DNA from: Eledone cirrhosa
Taxonomy: Eukaryota
Length of the DNA: 64,000 bases
NCBI GenBank assembly: GCA_964016885.1
Contig: OZ024747.1
Span: 39,928,001 to 39,992,000 of the forward strand
Reading direction: 5' to 3'
In this document: positions 14,801-27,619 of the stretch, piece by piece
Position numbering within the stretch: the stretch's first letter is position 1
How the letters are laid out: each line of letters starts with the position of its first letter
Program-made: the position numbers and the translations under genes
The notes under the pieces: model-generated
What the model was told of the DNA's origin: nothing
Databases searched by the model: none
Seen by the model: the letters and a program-made list of their open reading frames with translations, nothing else

Positions 14801-15020
14801 AGTGAACTTAGCTTTCTCTTGGTCTGTACTGGATTTATTGGAAAACGAAATTTAATTTGTTTGCTCTAAATCTATATTTATGAAATGCAGTGAGAACTTA
14901 TGAAGATAAGATTATGCCGCATAACTCTACAACAGTTTAAATTAAAATTAAAATATCATGCTTTGTGTTTCATCCAAAGGTTAGTGAGCTTAATCAGACG
15001 AGATATGCAATTTATCGCAG

Positions 15021-15038
15021 CTGTGGCTGATACAGCAG
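15021..15038 (+). CDS. Candidate 18-nt micro-exon
   Basis: TTTATCGCAG|CTGTGGCTGATACAGCAG|GTAAAA; length divisible by 3; weak polypyrimidine tract. Confidence 0.2.
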
Positions 15039-15699
15039 GTAAAATGTTGTTACTTGGATGATGAAGTGGACACAGCTATTTCGAAATAAAATGTCGTGAA
15101 GAATAACCTTATTATGTTTTACTCCACCAATTTACTAATATTCCCTCATTCACAAACCTGCGTGATCCTATATTATACTAGCAATTGTATACTGACGTTG
15201 TGTGCTTTATTTGCTTACACCAGTATCTATTATCTTATAGTCAGAAAGACAAGCAGTGTCCAGGAAGCTTTTGTAATTCCGGTTTGAATGTTTGCAATAT
15301 ATTCGTATCCACTTGAAATACTCATGGGACGGGAGACGAGAGTACCACAAAATATATTGGTGTATAAATCAGTGTGTGTTTGCGCAAGTGTTCGTCTGGG
15401 GGTTATTTTATGTGTGATTTAAATATTCCTCTCATAAAATAGGGAACTTACTTCAGTTTTAAAATACCGGAAAAATGATAGGAAATTGTTTTAAATCTAA
15501 CGCAAGTAAACTGAACTAACAACATCTAACAGTCACACACACGAAGGAAGATATTCGTTTTCAACATAAAAACGAATAAAAACATCTCTGTAGAACTGAT
15601 TATAAAAACTAATGGTCCTGACCTTACAGGATATATTCACTTCCTTTGAAAACACCTACTTGCACATTTACACATATATACATATTCTAAAGTATTCAC

Positions 15700-15758
<59 letters not shown>

Positions 15759-16453
15759 GTATACTTCTGAATACTTATATATACATATATGTGTGTGTGT
15801 GTGTATGTACATGAATATACTACTACACTTATACACATGCACACGTACAGAGATATAGAAAGAGAAAAACAAGAATCAAATAGATACAATGTGATCGAGG
15901 GTCAACTTCAAAAGAATGTTAATGAGAGAGATAATACCGTGTTTTGGGTTGTTTTTTTTGGGTTTTTTTCAGATTTCACTTGATAATGATTTCACTTGAT
16001 AATAACATTTTGAGTGGTGTCCATCAGACACAAGTTGTTTTTCTCTATTTATGTGTAACACAGGTGGTTCTGGATCCTCCATACCTTTTGGCGATGAGTA
16101 TTCAGTTCTTTGATCAACTGAATTCTTAATTGTGAACTTAATGTGTCAGGAGTTAAGTATTCCAACGACGCTGAAACAGGGCGGGTCCATTAGAATTTGA
16201 ATCCTGCGTATGATGATCAAGTAATTACTCATGATAAACGAAATTTTCAGGCTGAATCAGCATGACACTAGATCCTCCAGAAACCATAAAAGAAATAGAA
16301 AGAAAGTGAGAGGGGAGGAATGAAATCAGCCGTGCATAAATATGATCAGGGTGGGATTTTAATCTCGAACCTAAAGCGAGAATAATCTATTTATCGGCAA
16401 ATCCAACTTTGTCCGGAAGGAGGCCAAACTAAAATCTTGCTAACATTATTACT

Positions 16454-16640
16454 GTAGATTGGCAGTATCGGTAGAGGGTCGGACACCATGCTTTGAAGCA
16501 TAGAGTTACCTCCCTTTATGATCTGAGTTCAAATCACGCCGAGGTTAACTTTGCCTTTCAACCTTACAGGGTCGATAAAATAAAGTACCAGTAATACACT
16601 GGAATAATTGCTGGCCTTGTGCAAAAAAATATAAACAATT
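16454..16640 (+). mobile_element. Meta-like tRNA SINE copy
   Basis: Near-identical to 12167-12360; TSD ATTATTACT. Confidence 0.9.
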
Positions 16641-17184
16641 ATTACTAAGAGATTTATCCCTAATCACAAATTATCTAGTTCAGCTTTCTCGGATGTCTTC
16701 AACCCGATCAGTTCATCTATTTCGATCCTGTAAAGTATTCGGCAGACCACCTATTCATAGATAATTATTCAGAATTACCTGACTTACTCAGAAACTCAGT
16801 CAGATGCTAACAATTAATTTGTGCAATATATCATATTCCCTAGAACATTTTAATAATGCATTTTAATAGTACAATATTTTAGTTATTGATTTTGTAATAA
16901 AAATGATAGAGGAAAAACTGAACATAAAAACAGATTTGGACAAGGGCTAGCAGGTGAAGTTAAATTCGTAAAGTGTCTTTGTAATATTTACTAAGTATAC
17001 ATAATCCTTATGTTCACATTAAGTATTAATCAATGTCACAAACAACACAATATATATATATTTATAAATGTGTGTGTTTGTTTGTATGTGTACATAACTA
17101 TATATTCATACATCTATATATATATATTACTATCGATGTATAATGTGGGTGTTCGTGTGTGAGTTTGTGTGTGTGTGTGTGTGT

Positions 17185-17264
<80 letters not shown>

Positions 17265-17268
17265 GTGC

Positions 17269-17348
<80 letters not shown>

Positions 17349-17697
17349 ATCTATGGATGGCGGGAGGAATATACAGGAAAGGTTCGCTACACATAAAAAA
17401 ACCCTACTATTTCAATGGTATTTTGAAATGTCAAATGACTAGCTGATTGGTGATGATTTTAGAGTTCCTTCTGGGGTTTCAGCACACTTTTTTAAACTAA
17501 TGTGATTAAACTGTTTTCTACTGTTAAATGGTATTCCACTCTTGTGATGGGGGATATACCAGAGTGTCGTCTGCGGAAGACAGGCGTCTCATTCACGAGA
17601 AAATTCATCTCTAATGACTTTTTCACGCTGGCGGTGAAATTTATTGTTAGTATGTTTGTATGTGTCAATACCTACGAACACACACACACACACACAG

Positions 17698-17737
<40 letters not shown>

Positions 17738-17773
17738 TTGTGTGTGTGTATGTGAAAAAAAAATATATATATG

Positions 17774-17813
<40 letters not shown>

Positions 17814-18200
17814 CGCATATTTGCATATTATATAGTGTACGTTTATTGATGCAGATATAGTTTATAAAAGATGTAGTTGTAATAATTTCAGATATGGATC
17901 CTTCAAATCTGCAATTTAGTTTTTCAAAGACACGTGCTGTGTTTAAAATTTAAACAACGCAAGTCATATCTTAAGTCTAGAGATAATAAACTAGAAGCTG
18001 TTAAATAATTCCCAGAGGAGGTGAATTACTGAATTACAATTACATTGTACGATGTTTTACAAAATATGTAACTGTTCTGCTTAGTGATAATGATATATAT
18101 AATATATATATATACACAGAAGCGAAAAGCGAAAACCAACCAAACAGTGAGTGTGTTCTGTTATTAATTCTGGCAATATTACACAAATATGACCCTCCCC

Positions 18201-18296
<96 letters not shown>

Positions 18297-18297
18297 A

Positions 18298-18515
<218 letters not shown>

Positions 18516-18528
18516 AACACACACACAC

Positions 18529-18579
<51 letters not shown>

Positions 18580-18666
18580 TGTCTCATTCTTTGATCCCAC
18601 ACACTCGACCAACTGAAGGATTTCAAAAACTTAATAAACGGCATCAATAACCACATCCAATTCACA

Positions 18667-19623
18667 ATGGAATACAGCCAAGATCAATTCCCATTTCTGG
18701 ACATCTTAATCTTTAAAAAAGACACAAATATTGAAACTGACATACACTACAAACCAACGGATTCCAAACATTGCCTGCTATTCACCTCCAACCATCCAAA
18801 GCACACGAAGACGAACATTCCTTTTAACCTAGCAAGAAGAATTTTGACAATTGTCTCCAATTATGAAACGCGAAATAAAAGACTTCAAGAATTAAAGGAA
18901 ATTCTACTCGAAAGAGAGTACCCACTATTTCTAATAAATAATGGAATAGAAAGGGCTGAAGCAATAGGCATTGATGAATTACGAAAACAGAAACAAATTC
19001 AAGGTACGTCCAATATTCTATCATATATCTCAACACACAACCCAAGAAATGCGGAAGCTTACAACACTATTTACAAGAACATCCCACTACTAAAACAAAA
19101 CCCAAGAATGAAAAAAGCCCTTGAAATACACAAAATAATCAAAAGCAAAAGACAACCGAAATCACTGAAAACATTACTCACCAATGCCAAATTACCTACT
19201 ACAAACCCACAACCAAGTGTCAAAAAATGTGGTCGCTCTAATTGTGGAACCTGCACTCACCTCATTGAAGGCAACACGTATACATTTAAATCAGGACAAA
19301 ATTTTACTGTAAAAAATCACTTCACTTGCTCATCAAAAAATCTAGTTTATGCCATTAAATGTAAAGGATGCAATGAAGATTATATAGGACAATCTAAACT
19401 CGCACTCAGAAACAGAATGACATTTCATCGCCAACAATTACGAGATCCAACCACGAGACAGATACCACTAAGCGCACATCTAGACATATGCGCAAGTAAT
19501 AAGACACCCAAATTCCAAGTCTTCCCATTTTACCTTTGCGCTAACAATACAACAGAACAAATGCGAATAAATAAGGAAAATATGTTTATTCAAAAATATA
19601 GACCAGCATTAAATATGGTTTAA
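18667..19623 (+). CDS. Penelope-like RT C-terminal part + GIY-YIG endonuclease (open 318 aa, 5'-truncated)
   Basis: 'IQFTME...FPFLDILI...TDIHYKPTDS...SNHPKH' (PLE RT end and thumb), 'CGRSNCGTC', 'FTCSSKNLVYAIKCKGCNEDYIGQS...RMTFH...KENMFIQKYRPALN' (GIY-YIG). Confidence 0.9.
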   Translation: MEYSQDQFPFLDILIFKKDTNIETDIHYKPTDSKHCLLFTSNHPKHTKTNIPFNLARRILTIVSNYETRNKRLQELKEILLEREYPLFLINNGIERAEAIGIDELRKQKQIQGTSNILSYISTHNPRNAEAYNTIYKNIPLLKQNPRMKKALEIHKIIKSKRQPKSLKTLLTNAKLPTTNPQPSVKKCGRSNCGTCTHLIEGNTYTFKSGQNFTVKNHFTCSSKNLVYAIKCKGCNEDYIGQSKLALRNRMTFHRQQLRDPTTRQIPLSAHLDICASNKTPKFQVFPFYLCANNTTEQMRINKENMFIQKYRPALNMV

Positions 19624-19821
19624 TATACATTATGTCAACACCATAACATGCTAACCATCCAAACAGACACATACACACACATCACACCTTCTACTTTAGA
19701 AAATAAAAACCCGAACTAAATAAACCTTAACATACGTTTGCACTGACAATACAACAGAACAAATACGAATAAGTAAGGAAAATATGTTCATTCAAAAATA
19801 TTCCTACTAAAGGAATCATTT

Positions 19822-19857
<36 letters not shown>

Positions 19858-19959
19858 AAATATATATATATTCTCTTCATCTTAACATACTCCCAGACAC
19901 ACATAACACCCATATACACACACAACTCCCTCCCCCATTTCTACTAATAGAATCATCTT

Positions 19960-19961
19960 CC

Positions 19962-20024
<63 letters not shown>

Positions 20025-20690
20025 GCACACAAATAAACATACATATCTTTACTTTCTTTATTCAATAGAAAATCTGAACTCTGACACCCCAGCGAACTAA
20101 CTATATTCACAGAACCAGAACAATTCTCCCATCCCATTTCTCTTGACCATTATCTTTTGCTTGTCATAAAATTCTCTAAAAAGGCTACAGAATAGATTTC
20201 CAAATAAGGGCGCGAAAATTTTATGAGAACTTGTTCACGTGACAGGTATAATTTTATTTATAACCAATCAAATTACGTTTATTAAAAAAAAGCCTTCGTG
20301 AGCCCCTTTTTTTAAGTAAAAAGAAATTCAAACACACACACACACAACACACACACACACACACGCACACACACAAGCACACAAATAAACATACATATCT
20401 TTACTTTCTTTATTCAATAGAAAATCTGAATTCTGACACCCCAGCGAACTAACCATATTCACTGAACCAGAACAATTCTCCCATCTAATTTCTCTTGACC
20501 ATTATCGTTTATTTGTCATAAAATTCTCTAAAAAGGCTACAGAATGGATTTCCAAATAAGGGCGCGAAAATTTAATGAAAACTTGTTCACATGACAGCCA
20601 TAATTTCATTTATAACCAATCAAATTACGTTTATTTTAAAAAAGCCTTCGTGAGCCCCCCCCCCCTTTTATAAGTAAAAAGAAATTCAAA
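19960..20690 (+). repeat. Two tandem ~360-bp direct repeats in the PLE 3' region (partial third at ~20745-20810)
   Basis: ACAAGCACACAAATAAACATACATATCTTTAC...GGGCGCGAAAATTT...AAGAAATTCAAACAC occurs at ~20020-20335 and ~20372-20693. Confidence 0.85.
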
Positions 20691-20908
20691 CACTCGTATA
20701 TGAAAAAACAACCTGTGACAACCTCCCTCCCTGGTTTGAAGAACTTTGTAACGCGAATTGGCGCGAAATTTATTATAATTATTGACCAACCAATCAAATT
20801 ACTTCTCGAAAAACCTGGCATTTCGAGCCACTTTTTCCATATAAAACAAGTAACATTCAGAGACCAACCAGATGTGAGAAAAACCACAGACCCTCCATCT
20901 CAACTCTA

Positions 20909-20944
20909 CTTTTGAAAAGCAGAAGAACTGCGAAACTGGTAAAG
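20909..20944 (+). ncRNA. Variant minimal type-I hammerhead ribozyme in the PLE 3' tail
   Basis: CTT-TTGAAAA-GCAG aagaa CTGC-GAAA-ctgg-TA-AAG. Confidence 0.65.
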
Positions 20945-21146
20945 GAACCAAATAAATATATATATTTTATTTAAATAAGACTCCAGTTGCATTTTCGATT
21001 TCATCCTTTTTTCTTTATATATATATACATGTATATATTATATTATATTTGTATATATATATGTATGTATATATAATAAAAAAGAAAATTTCGCTCTACA
21101 TGGCTGAATACAATAAATGTAATCTGAGTGTTTCGAATATTAATAA

Positions 21147-21248
21147 TTGTTTCTATTTTTTGGCACAAGGCCAGATCATAAAGGGCCGCAACTCTATGCT
21201 GCAAAGCATGGCGACCGACTCTCTACCGATACTGCCAATCTACCGCCC
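21147..21248 (-). mobile_element. Internally deleted Meta-like SINE
   Basis: Reverse complement of SINE head and tail; TSD TAATAA. Confidence 0.85.
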
Positions 21249-21354
21249 TAATAACATTCGATTCGTTTGCAATTATGCAAACAAGTCTCGATTTTATAGC
21301 CATGTCAGTAGAATGAACACTTCATTCTAGATCTTGTGTTGGCATGCGAACAGA

Positions 21355-21400
21355 ACTGCAGACACTAATGTTTCTGGGTATCACCCTTCATCAGTACAGC
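21355..21400 (-). ncRNA. Type-I hammerhead ribozyme
   Basis: RC: GCTGTA-CTGATGA-aGGGTgatACCCa-GAAA-cattagtg-TC-TGCAGT. Confidence 0.75.
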
Positions 21401-21723
21401 TCACATTTCACCTGCCAAATTGTCAGAGCTAGGGAAAATATATGCTATTTTCAAAAATAGCATATATTTCGGCCTGATTTTTATATTAGCAGACAGGCTG
21501 ATCAGTCAGATCTGCATATTAGCAGATCCATTGATCAGGCAGATTTGCATATCAGCAGAATGGCCAGTCAGTTTCCTGCATGCCAACACAAGATCAACAA
21601 TGAAGTGTTCATTCTACTGACATGGCTATAAAATTGAGGCTTGTTTGCATAATTGCAAACGAATCGGATGTTATTATTAATATTCGAAAAACTCAGATTA
21701 TATTTATGTATATATATATATAT

Positions 21724-21800
<77 letters not shown>

Positions 21801-22589
21801 AAGAGAGAGAGAGGGAGAGAGAGAGAGAGAATGTGAAGTTGGAAATAGCACGGAAAATATACTTTAGGGTCTGTTTTTCTTTTTTTTTCCTTTCTTTGAT
21901 TCGTCAAAGTGATATTATTGAAAAAATGAGAGGGACAATTCTTTTAAAAAAGAGTTTTATAATGTATATAAAGTATGTAAAGTATTACGGGTTTCGATGT
22001 ATTATTAAAATTTATCTGATCAAATGTTGAGTATTACAATTAAAAATAATTAATAAGAATTAGAAACTAAAAATTAAAGATTTAAAATTAAGAGGTAAGA
22101 TTTTTCATCTTCCTTGTTGAGAAGGAGACTGGAAAATGAACTTTTGGTAGTAGCAGCAGCAGTGGTGGTAGTTGTGTTTCTTCACATAGAATAAAATTGT
22201 TTTTAGGGACAAAGGAAATATTCTGTAAATATGTGGGTGTATCTCAATTGTGTTAATGGACTGGTCAAGAGTTCAGATAGAGACAAATTCTATGGGATTG
22301 GCAACAGTAGGGTTGTAAAAGAATTTCTATTTTTGGAATTTGGGAATATGGTTTTAGAGAGTGTGTGTAGTGTGAGAGTGTATATATTAAAAAAATACAC
22401 ATATGTGTGTGGGGGAGCGGTGTGTGTGTGTGCTTCAGCCTATCTGCCACAGGTCCCTTTGCGATGGGAAATAAAAAAAGAGCAAAGCATCAGTGGTGGC
22501 TTTCAATCAGGAAATTTTGGAAAATATGTGTATGAGCATTTTTGGTGGGTGTGGAGGGGATAGAATCTAAGGAGGCGGGGGGGGGGGGG

Positions 22590-23440
22590 GATTACACATT
22601 TAATTTTGGTTTAAATCTGTTAATAAATAGTTTTTCTATATTCATTTTTTGTTGTTAAGTGAAAGAATCGGGGCACTTTTAAAGGGGGAAGACTTTAAAG
22701 TTGAGTAGGGTCAATCCTATATAATCTGCAATGTGGCTACTAAAGGGGGATTTTTCTAGTGTTTACGTCTCGGATTTGTTGCCGGTGGATAGACATTCTC
22801 TTTCTTAATGGCACACCCGTCTGGCCTATGTAATTATATCGACAGCCACCGCATGTGATTACGTAGATCAGTTTCTCCGAGTTACAAGTGAAGTTGTTTT
22901 TCACTGAAAGTTTGGCCATCTTTAAATGGGAATTTTTCCCTTCAATTAAGTATAGGCATGTGCCACAATTTGTTCTTCCGTATTTTGTTACTGTAAGGTT
23001 GGAGATTGGTTTGTGTATATTTGTTCCAGTGAGAATGTGTTTTAGCGATTTGGGTTTGCCTTTTACTTTTAATGATCTTTTGCTTTTCTAGGATTTTTTT
23101 AATTTTTTTATCTTTAAATAGAATGGGGAGGTTTTTGTGTAGGAGGTCGGACATTTCGGTGTTTCTGGGGTTGAATGTGGATACATATAGTAAGGTATTA
23201 TTTGTGATTGGCAGTATCGGTAGAGGGTCAGACGCCATGCTTTCCAGCATAGTTACGTCCCTTTACGATCTGAGTTCAAATCCCGCCGAGGTTGACTTTG
23301 CCTTTCATCCTTACGGGGTCGATAAAATAAAGTACCAGTAATGCACTGGGTAATTGCTGGCCTTGTGCCTAAAGTAGAAACAATTATTTGTGGTTATATG
23401 CTTTGGGATGCTGGGTTGATGAAAATTTGCGTTTGCTCTC
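22590..23440 (-). pseudogene. Decayed Penelope-like linker + GIY-YIG fragment
   Basis: 'YVSTFNPRN...NLPIL...KIIKSKRQ' then 'GRTNCGTCLYLIEG...NNFTCNSEKLIYVITCGGC...EKLFINRFKPKL', paralogous to 18667-19623; interrupted by the SINE at 23207. Confidence 0.85.
23207..23385 (+). mobile_element. Meta-like tRNA SINE copy
   Basis: Same family; TSD ATTATTTGTG. Confidence 0.92.
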
Positions 23441-23504
23441 TATATATATATAGATATACACGTATGTATATACATAATACACACATGCATAAATACATAC
23501 ATAC

Positions 23505-23535
<31 letters not shown>

Positions 23536-23545
23536 CATACATACA

Positions 23546-23578
<33 letters not shown>

Positions 23579-24100
23579 TCACACATACATTCATACATAC
23601 ATACACATATGTATGCACATTAACATATATACGTCTGAAAATGTGTGTCCCAATTAAAATATATTCAAATGGCAGCTGTTGGTATTTAAAGGATTTATCA
23701 CAATAGCATGCTATGCAAAAATACTTTTACTCTAACCTAAATATACCTGCAATGAAGTAATCTCCAAAGCTGAAACAGTATGTGTAGTGTGTATATTGAT
23801 ATTATACGCAAGTATATATACATGTAGATATGATACATCAAATAAAATCGTAATTGACAATATATAATACATAGAAATTGAACGAAGACTCCGTTACACT
23901 GTCTTATGTAATCAGTAACCATGATACATTAAAAAAAGACGATATTATATATGAACTGCATTAGGAGAAAATGAGTATGTTTATTTAAGCGATGGCCAAC
24001 CAGAAGTGTTGACATTTCAGAAATTTTAAAGAAATGAATCTTTAAATTAACAAAATATATTCAATGAACGAAATTTAGTAGATAAATTATGTAATATTCA

Positions 24101-24290
24101 GCGGTGGATTGGCAGTATCGATAGAGGGTCGGACGCCATGCTTTCCAGCATAGTTACGTCCCTTTACGATCTGAGTTCAAATCCCGCCGAGGTTGACTTT
24201 GCCTTTCATCCTTACGAGGTCGATAAAATAAAGTACCAGTAATTCCACTGGGTAATTGCTGGCCTTGTGCCTAATGTAGAAACAATTATT
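24101..24290 (+). mobile_element. Meta-like tRNA SINE copy
   Basis: Same family, near-identical to the 23207 copy. Confidence 0.92.
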
Positions 24291-24646
24291 TATTCAAAGT
24301 AATCCAACTTATTTTACTAATGGGATAAAAAAATTATAAACCGTACGCAGTTCCGCGCTCCTTACTTTATTATGGTTGAGATTATACGATTATCTATTTT
24401 AAGTTATTACGTAAGTTAATTTTTAACAGGTTAAATCTGAAAAAGTGACACTATAAAGGAAAATAAGGTATCAAGGTATGTCAACAACGAAGAAAAGTTC
24501 TCCGTATTTCATAAACTATAGCTTTGTAGAATTAGCTTTTAATGAATTCCCTTTTCTATCAACCAATGACCTGCACCCATCCCACTCCCCACCCTCTCCT
24601 ACCACTTGTAGAGACCTATAAATACCATATTTATTTTTTGATACCC

Positions 24647-24697
24647 AGATTCCTGATGATTTCTAATGAATGAAACAGTTCTAGTCCTGTAGAATCT
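24647..24697 (+). ncRNA. Type-I hammerhead ribozyme
   Basis: AGATTC-CTGATGA-tTTCtaatGAAt-GAAA-CAGttctagtcCTG-TA-GAATCT; homolog at 63286 with covarying stem I. Confidence 0.8.
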
Positions 24698-24802
24698 CAT
24701 CTATATTAAAACTTTTATACTCTGCTATGTATTGAGTAACTTACTTACTGTGGTTACCTCCGATTCAACCCGGAATAACGTATATATATATATATATATA
24801 TA

Positions 24803-24997
24803 TAACGAAGGAAATGTGGTAAGCAACCAGGTGGACCATAACGCACCAAAGTACTCAATACTTGAGGTAGTAGAGTGGGTAATAGGAACCAGTAAGACCC
24901 CGACAGCTGAGCTCAAGCCGTTTCGACGGCTAATTCTGGACAGTCCAGAATTAGCCGTCGAAACGGCTTGAGCTCAGCTGTCGGGGTCTTACTGGTT

Positions 24998-25002
<5 letters not shown>
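24803..25002. mobile_element. (TA)n-flanked fold-back element, family A copy 1
   Basis: Perfect 60-bp arms 24882-24941 / 24943-25002 plus a one-sided extension; contains the 3' half of a hammerhead (GAAA-cggcttgagctcagctg-TC-gggg). Confidence 0.88.
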
Positions 25003-25044
<42 letters not shown>

Positions 25045-25624
25045 GTTAGTTATGAGTGTATGTACAAGTCAACCAACATAAGCCATTTATTTCAAAATGT
25101 TCTAAACTATCTAAGTATTTGACTCTAACTATTATTTTAAGTATTACCCCGCCCCCTCCCCACATTAATTCCTCAATATTTATGTGTGGATGTGTGTGTG
25201 TGTGTGGAGGTGGGTGTGAGTGTATGTGCAAGCCAACCTACATAAGTCTTTTTATTTGTAAATTTTCTACTCTAACCATAATTTTCAGTAGCACCACTCC
25301 ACATAAATTCCTCCACTTAAGAATGACCTGTAGTATCTATTTCATACTATTAACCTTAATTGAACATATATCTGACCAGGAATGCTTTTTGTGAAAATCA
25401 GTCATATGGAACTATTGTCATCTTGCCTGACGGTTTGACCTTTACAACACCACCTGCCTCTTTGAGGTCAAATACCAACCCTACTAGCATCTACAAACTG
25501 ACCAATGAGAATTAAGACTATTCCCGTTGACAACATTAAATTATTCCTAACAAGCTCATATGGCCCAAGGCTCTGATACCATCAACACTATAAACACAGA
25601 GCAGGCATTACTAAGAACTGACTA

Positions 25625-25680
25625 ACTGCCTGATGAGGTCATATCCATTCAATGGGTATCATCGAAATATATATAGCAGT
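25625..25680 (+). ncRNA. Minimal type-I hammerhead ribozyme
   Basis: ACTGC-CTGATGA-ggtcatatccattcaatgggtatcatc-GAAA-tatata-TA-GCAGT; second copy on the minus strand at 37557-37612. Confidence 0.8.
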
Positions 25681-25748
25681 ATATAAAGAATTATGAGTTC
25701 ATGCATTTGACTTATGTTTCGTCACTATATATATATATATATATATAT

Positions 25749-25938
25749 ATAGGAGTAAGTAAGACCCCGACGGCTGAGCTCAAGCCGTTTCGACGGCTAA
25801 TTCTGTAGAATTAGCCGTCGAAACGGCTTGAGCTCAGCCGTCGGGGTCTTACTTACTCCTATTACCCACTCTACTACCCTAAGTATTGAGTGCTTTGGTG
25901 CGTTGTGCTCCACCTGGTTCCTTACCACTTTTCCCTCG

Positions 25939-25941
<3 letters not shown>
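25749..25941. mobile_element. (TA)n-flanked fold-back element, family A copy 2
   Basis: Perfect arms around an apex at 25805-25806; one-sided extension homologous to the RC of 24803-24881. Confidence 0.88.
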
Positions 25942-25996
<55 letters not shown>

Positions 25997-26311
25997 TGGA
26001 GAATAGGGTGGCTGTGTAGTTGCCAGTTAAGTTGGGCTTAAAAATGGAATAAGAGTAAGAAGAAAGCAAGAACGGGGAGAGGTGGCGTCCTCGTCAGTTG
26101 TATCCTGGGGGTCTCGGATATTTCAAGGATTTAAAGACAATATATCTACCCCCAGGTCGTTCAATAACCGGGTAAATTATTGGGAAAAAGGAGGAGGGAG
26201 GGAAGGAAAATAGAAGGGAAAAAGGGAAAAGAGAAAACATCGAAAAAAAGAATGTGCAGCAACTGAAGAGTGAATCCAAGACCAGTATATATCTACATAC
26301 ATATAAATATG

Positions 26312-26367
<56 letters not shown>

Positions 26368-26374
<7 letters not shown>

Positions 26375-26585
26375 TAAAATAACAGATTAAAGTTTAAGCA
26401 AAGAATCGCTGCTTTCACCCTTAACAGGATCTTCCCGTTAAAGGTGAAAGCAGTGATTCTTTGCTTAAACTTTAATCTGTTATTTTAATAAATATTTTCT
26501 CTACGGTTCTTATATATCTGATATATATTTATCTTTATCGAGCCCCCTTTGGATTTTAGTCTTCAAATTTATTATTACCACTATA
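26368..26585. mobile_element. (TA)n-flanked fold-back element, family B
   Basis: Arms 26368-26415 / 26426-26494 around a short loop; same family as 45564-45672. Confidence 0.8.
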
Positions 26586-26591
26586 GATATA

Positions 26592-26716
<125 letters not shown>

Positions 26717-26734
26717 AAATGTTATTGGAATCTT

Positions 26735-26947
26735 TAAGAAGGTTAATTTATTATTTATATGACTTGACCGGTTCCACAAAATTTATGACTTTCAAAAGTT
26801 AAGAGAGAGATGTAAAGATGTATGGTTGGTCACGAAAGTTATGAAACCGGTTAGGTTATAATTGTAAATAAACCTTCTTCACTTGTATTTTCGACTTTTT
26901 TCCTGTAATTTTACCCATGTTGAATTTATTGAAAAAATTTACTTTCG

Positions 26948-26950
<3 letters not shown>
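26735..26950. mobile_element. Degenerate fold-back element with a hammerhead-like remnant
   Basis: GAAGGTT..TATGACTTGACCGGTTCCA vs TGAAACCGGTTAGGTTATA..AACCTTC; RC of the left arm AACTT-TTGAAAG-tcataaattttgtg-GAA-ccgg-TC-AAGTC. Confidence 0.5.
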
Positions 26951-26998
<48 letters not shown>

Positions 26999-27059
26999 GT
27001 GAGGTTTTTTTTACAAAATGAAAAATAACCGAGGTGTCCTACACGAGTGAAAGTATAAA

Positions 27060-27206
27060 GAAAAAGAGATGAAATCGAAAATGCAACTGGAGTCTTATTT
27101 TTTTTTTTAAATATATATATTTATTTGGTTCCTTTACCGATTTCGCAGTTCTTCTGCTTTTCAAAAGGTGAGTTGAGATGGAGGGTCTGTGGTTTTTCTC
27201 ACATCT
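27060..27206 (-). mobile_element. Solo copy of the PLE 3' terminus carrying the hammerhead (27131-27168)
   Basis: Reverse complement of ~20871-21012; RC motif CCTT-TTGAAAA-GCAGaagaaCTGC-GAAA-tcgg-TA-AAGG; abuts (TA)n. Confidence 0.85.
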
Positions 27207-27224
27207 ATATATATATATATATAT

Positions 27225-27600
27225 CAAGCTGTGGCACGCCGCCCAGACTTTGCTCTTCCTCTCAACCACATCATGTTCCGTATTCCCAATCTTTGCTCCC
27301 AAATACAAGAAGTCCTCAACCAATTCTAGCGGCTTCCCGCCTACATTAGTGATCCCCTCTGGCTTCTCAACATTCTCTACCAGATATTTTCTTTTAGTCT
27401 CAATCACTCTCAGCCCCACACTCATCGACACAGTCTCAACCTCCTGCATCAAATCCTCTGCCTCCTTCACTGTATTTGTCACCAAAGCTATGTCGTCGGC
27501 AAATTCAGCATCTGATATCTTTTTCGCCTTAACTCTCCTGCTCTGAGCCGGTGCTACAGTAAAGCCAGAGTCCTGGTGTTTCTCCAGTGAGAGCATCCTT
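27225..27600 (-). pseudogene. Non-LTR (RTE-like) reverse transcriptase fragment
   Basis: 'ISDAEFADDIAL...VGLRVIETKRKY...LELVEDFLYLGAKI...DVVERKSKVWAA'. Confidence 0.8.
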
Positions 27601-27619
27601 TGCTGTATATGGTTACATT

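Larger units (their letters stand above)
18577..21015 (+). mobile_element. 5'-truncated Penelope-like retroelement with 3' repeats, inserted in (TA)n
   Basis: ORF with RT C-terminus and GIY-YIG endonuclease, followed by ~360 bp tandem 3' repeats and a terminal hammerhead motif; (TA)n on both sides. Confidence 0.9.
21085..21712 (-). mobile_element. (TA)n-flanked fold-back element with hammerhead, interrupted by a SINE
   Basis: Arms ~21110-21347 (SINE removed) and ~21577-21712 are reverse complements; ~33-nt tandem repeats at 21480-21560. Confidence 0.75.

Noticed and set aside
12466-14869. Poly-Val and poly-Trp ORFs in the track
   Set aside because: Alternative frames of the triplet array; hundreds of consecutive Val/Trp residues are implausible
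21480-21560. ~33-nt tandem repeats resembling a CRISPR array
   Set aside because: No unique spacers or cas genes, eukaryotic context; a simple minisatellite inside an element
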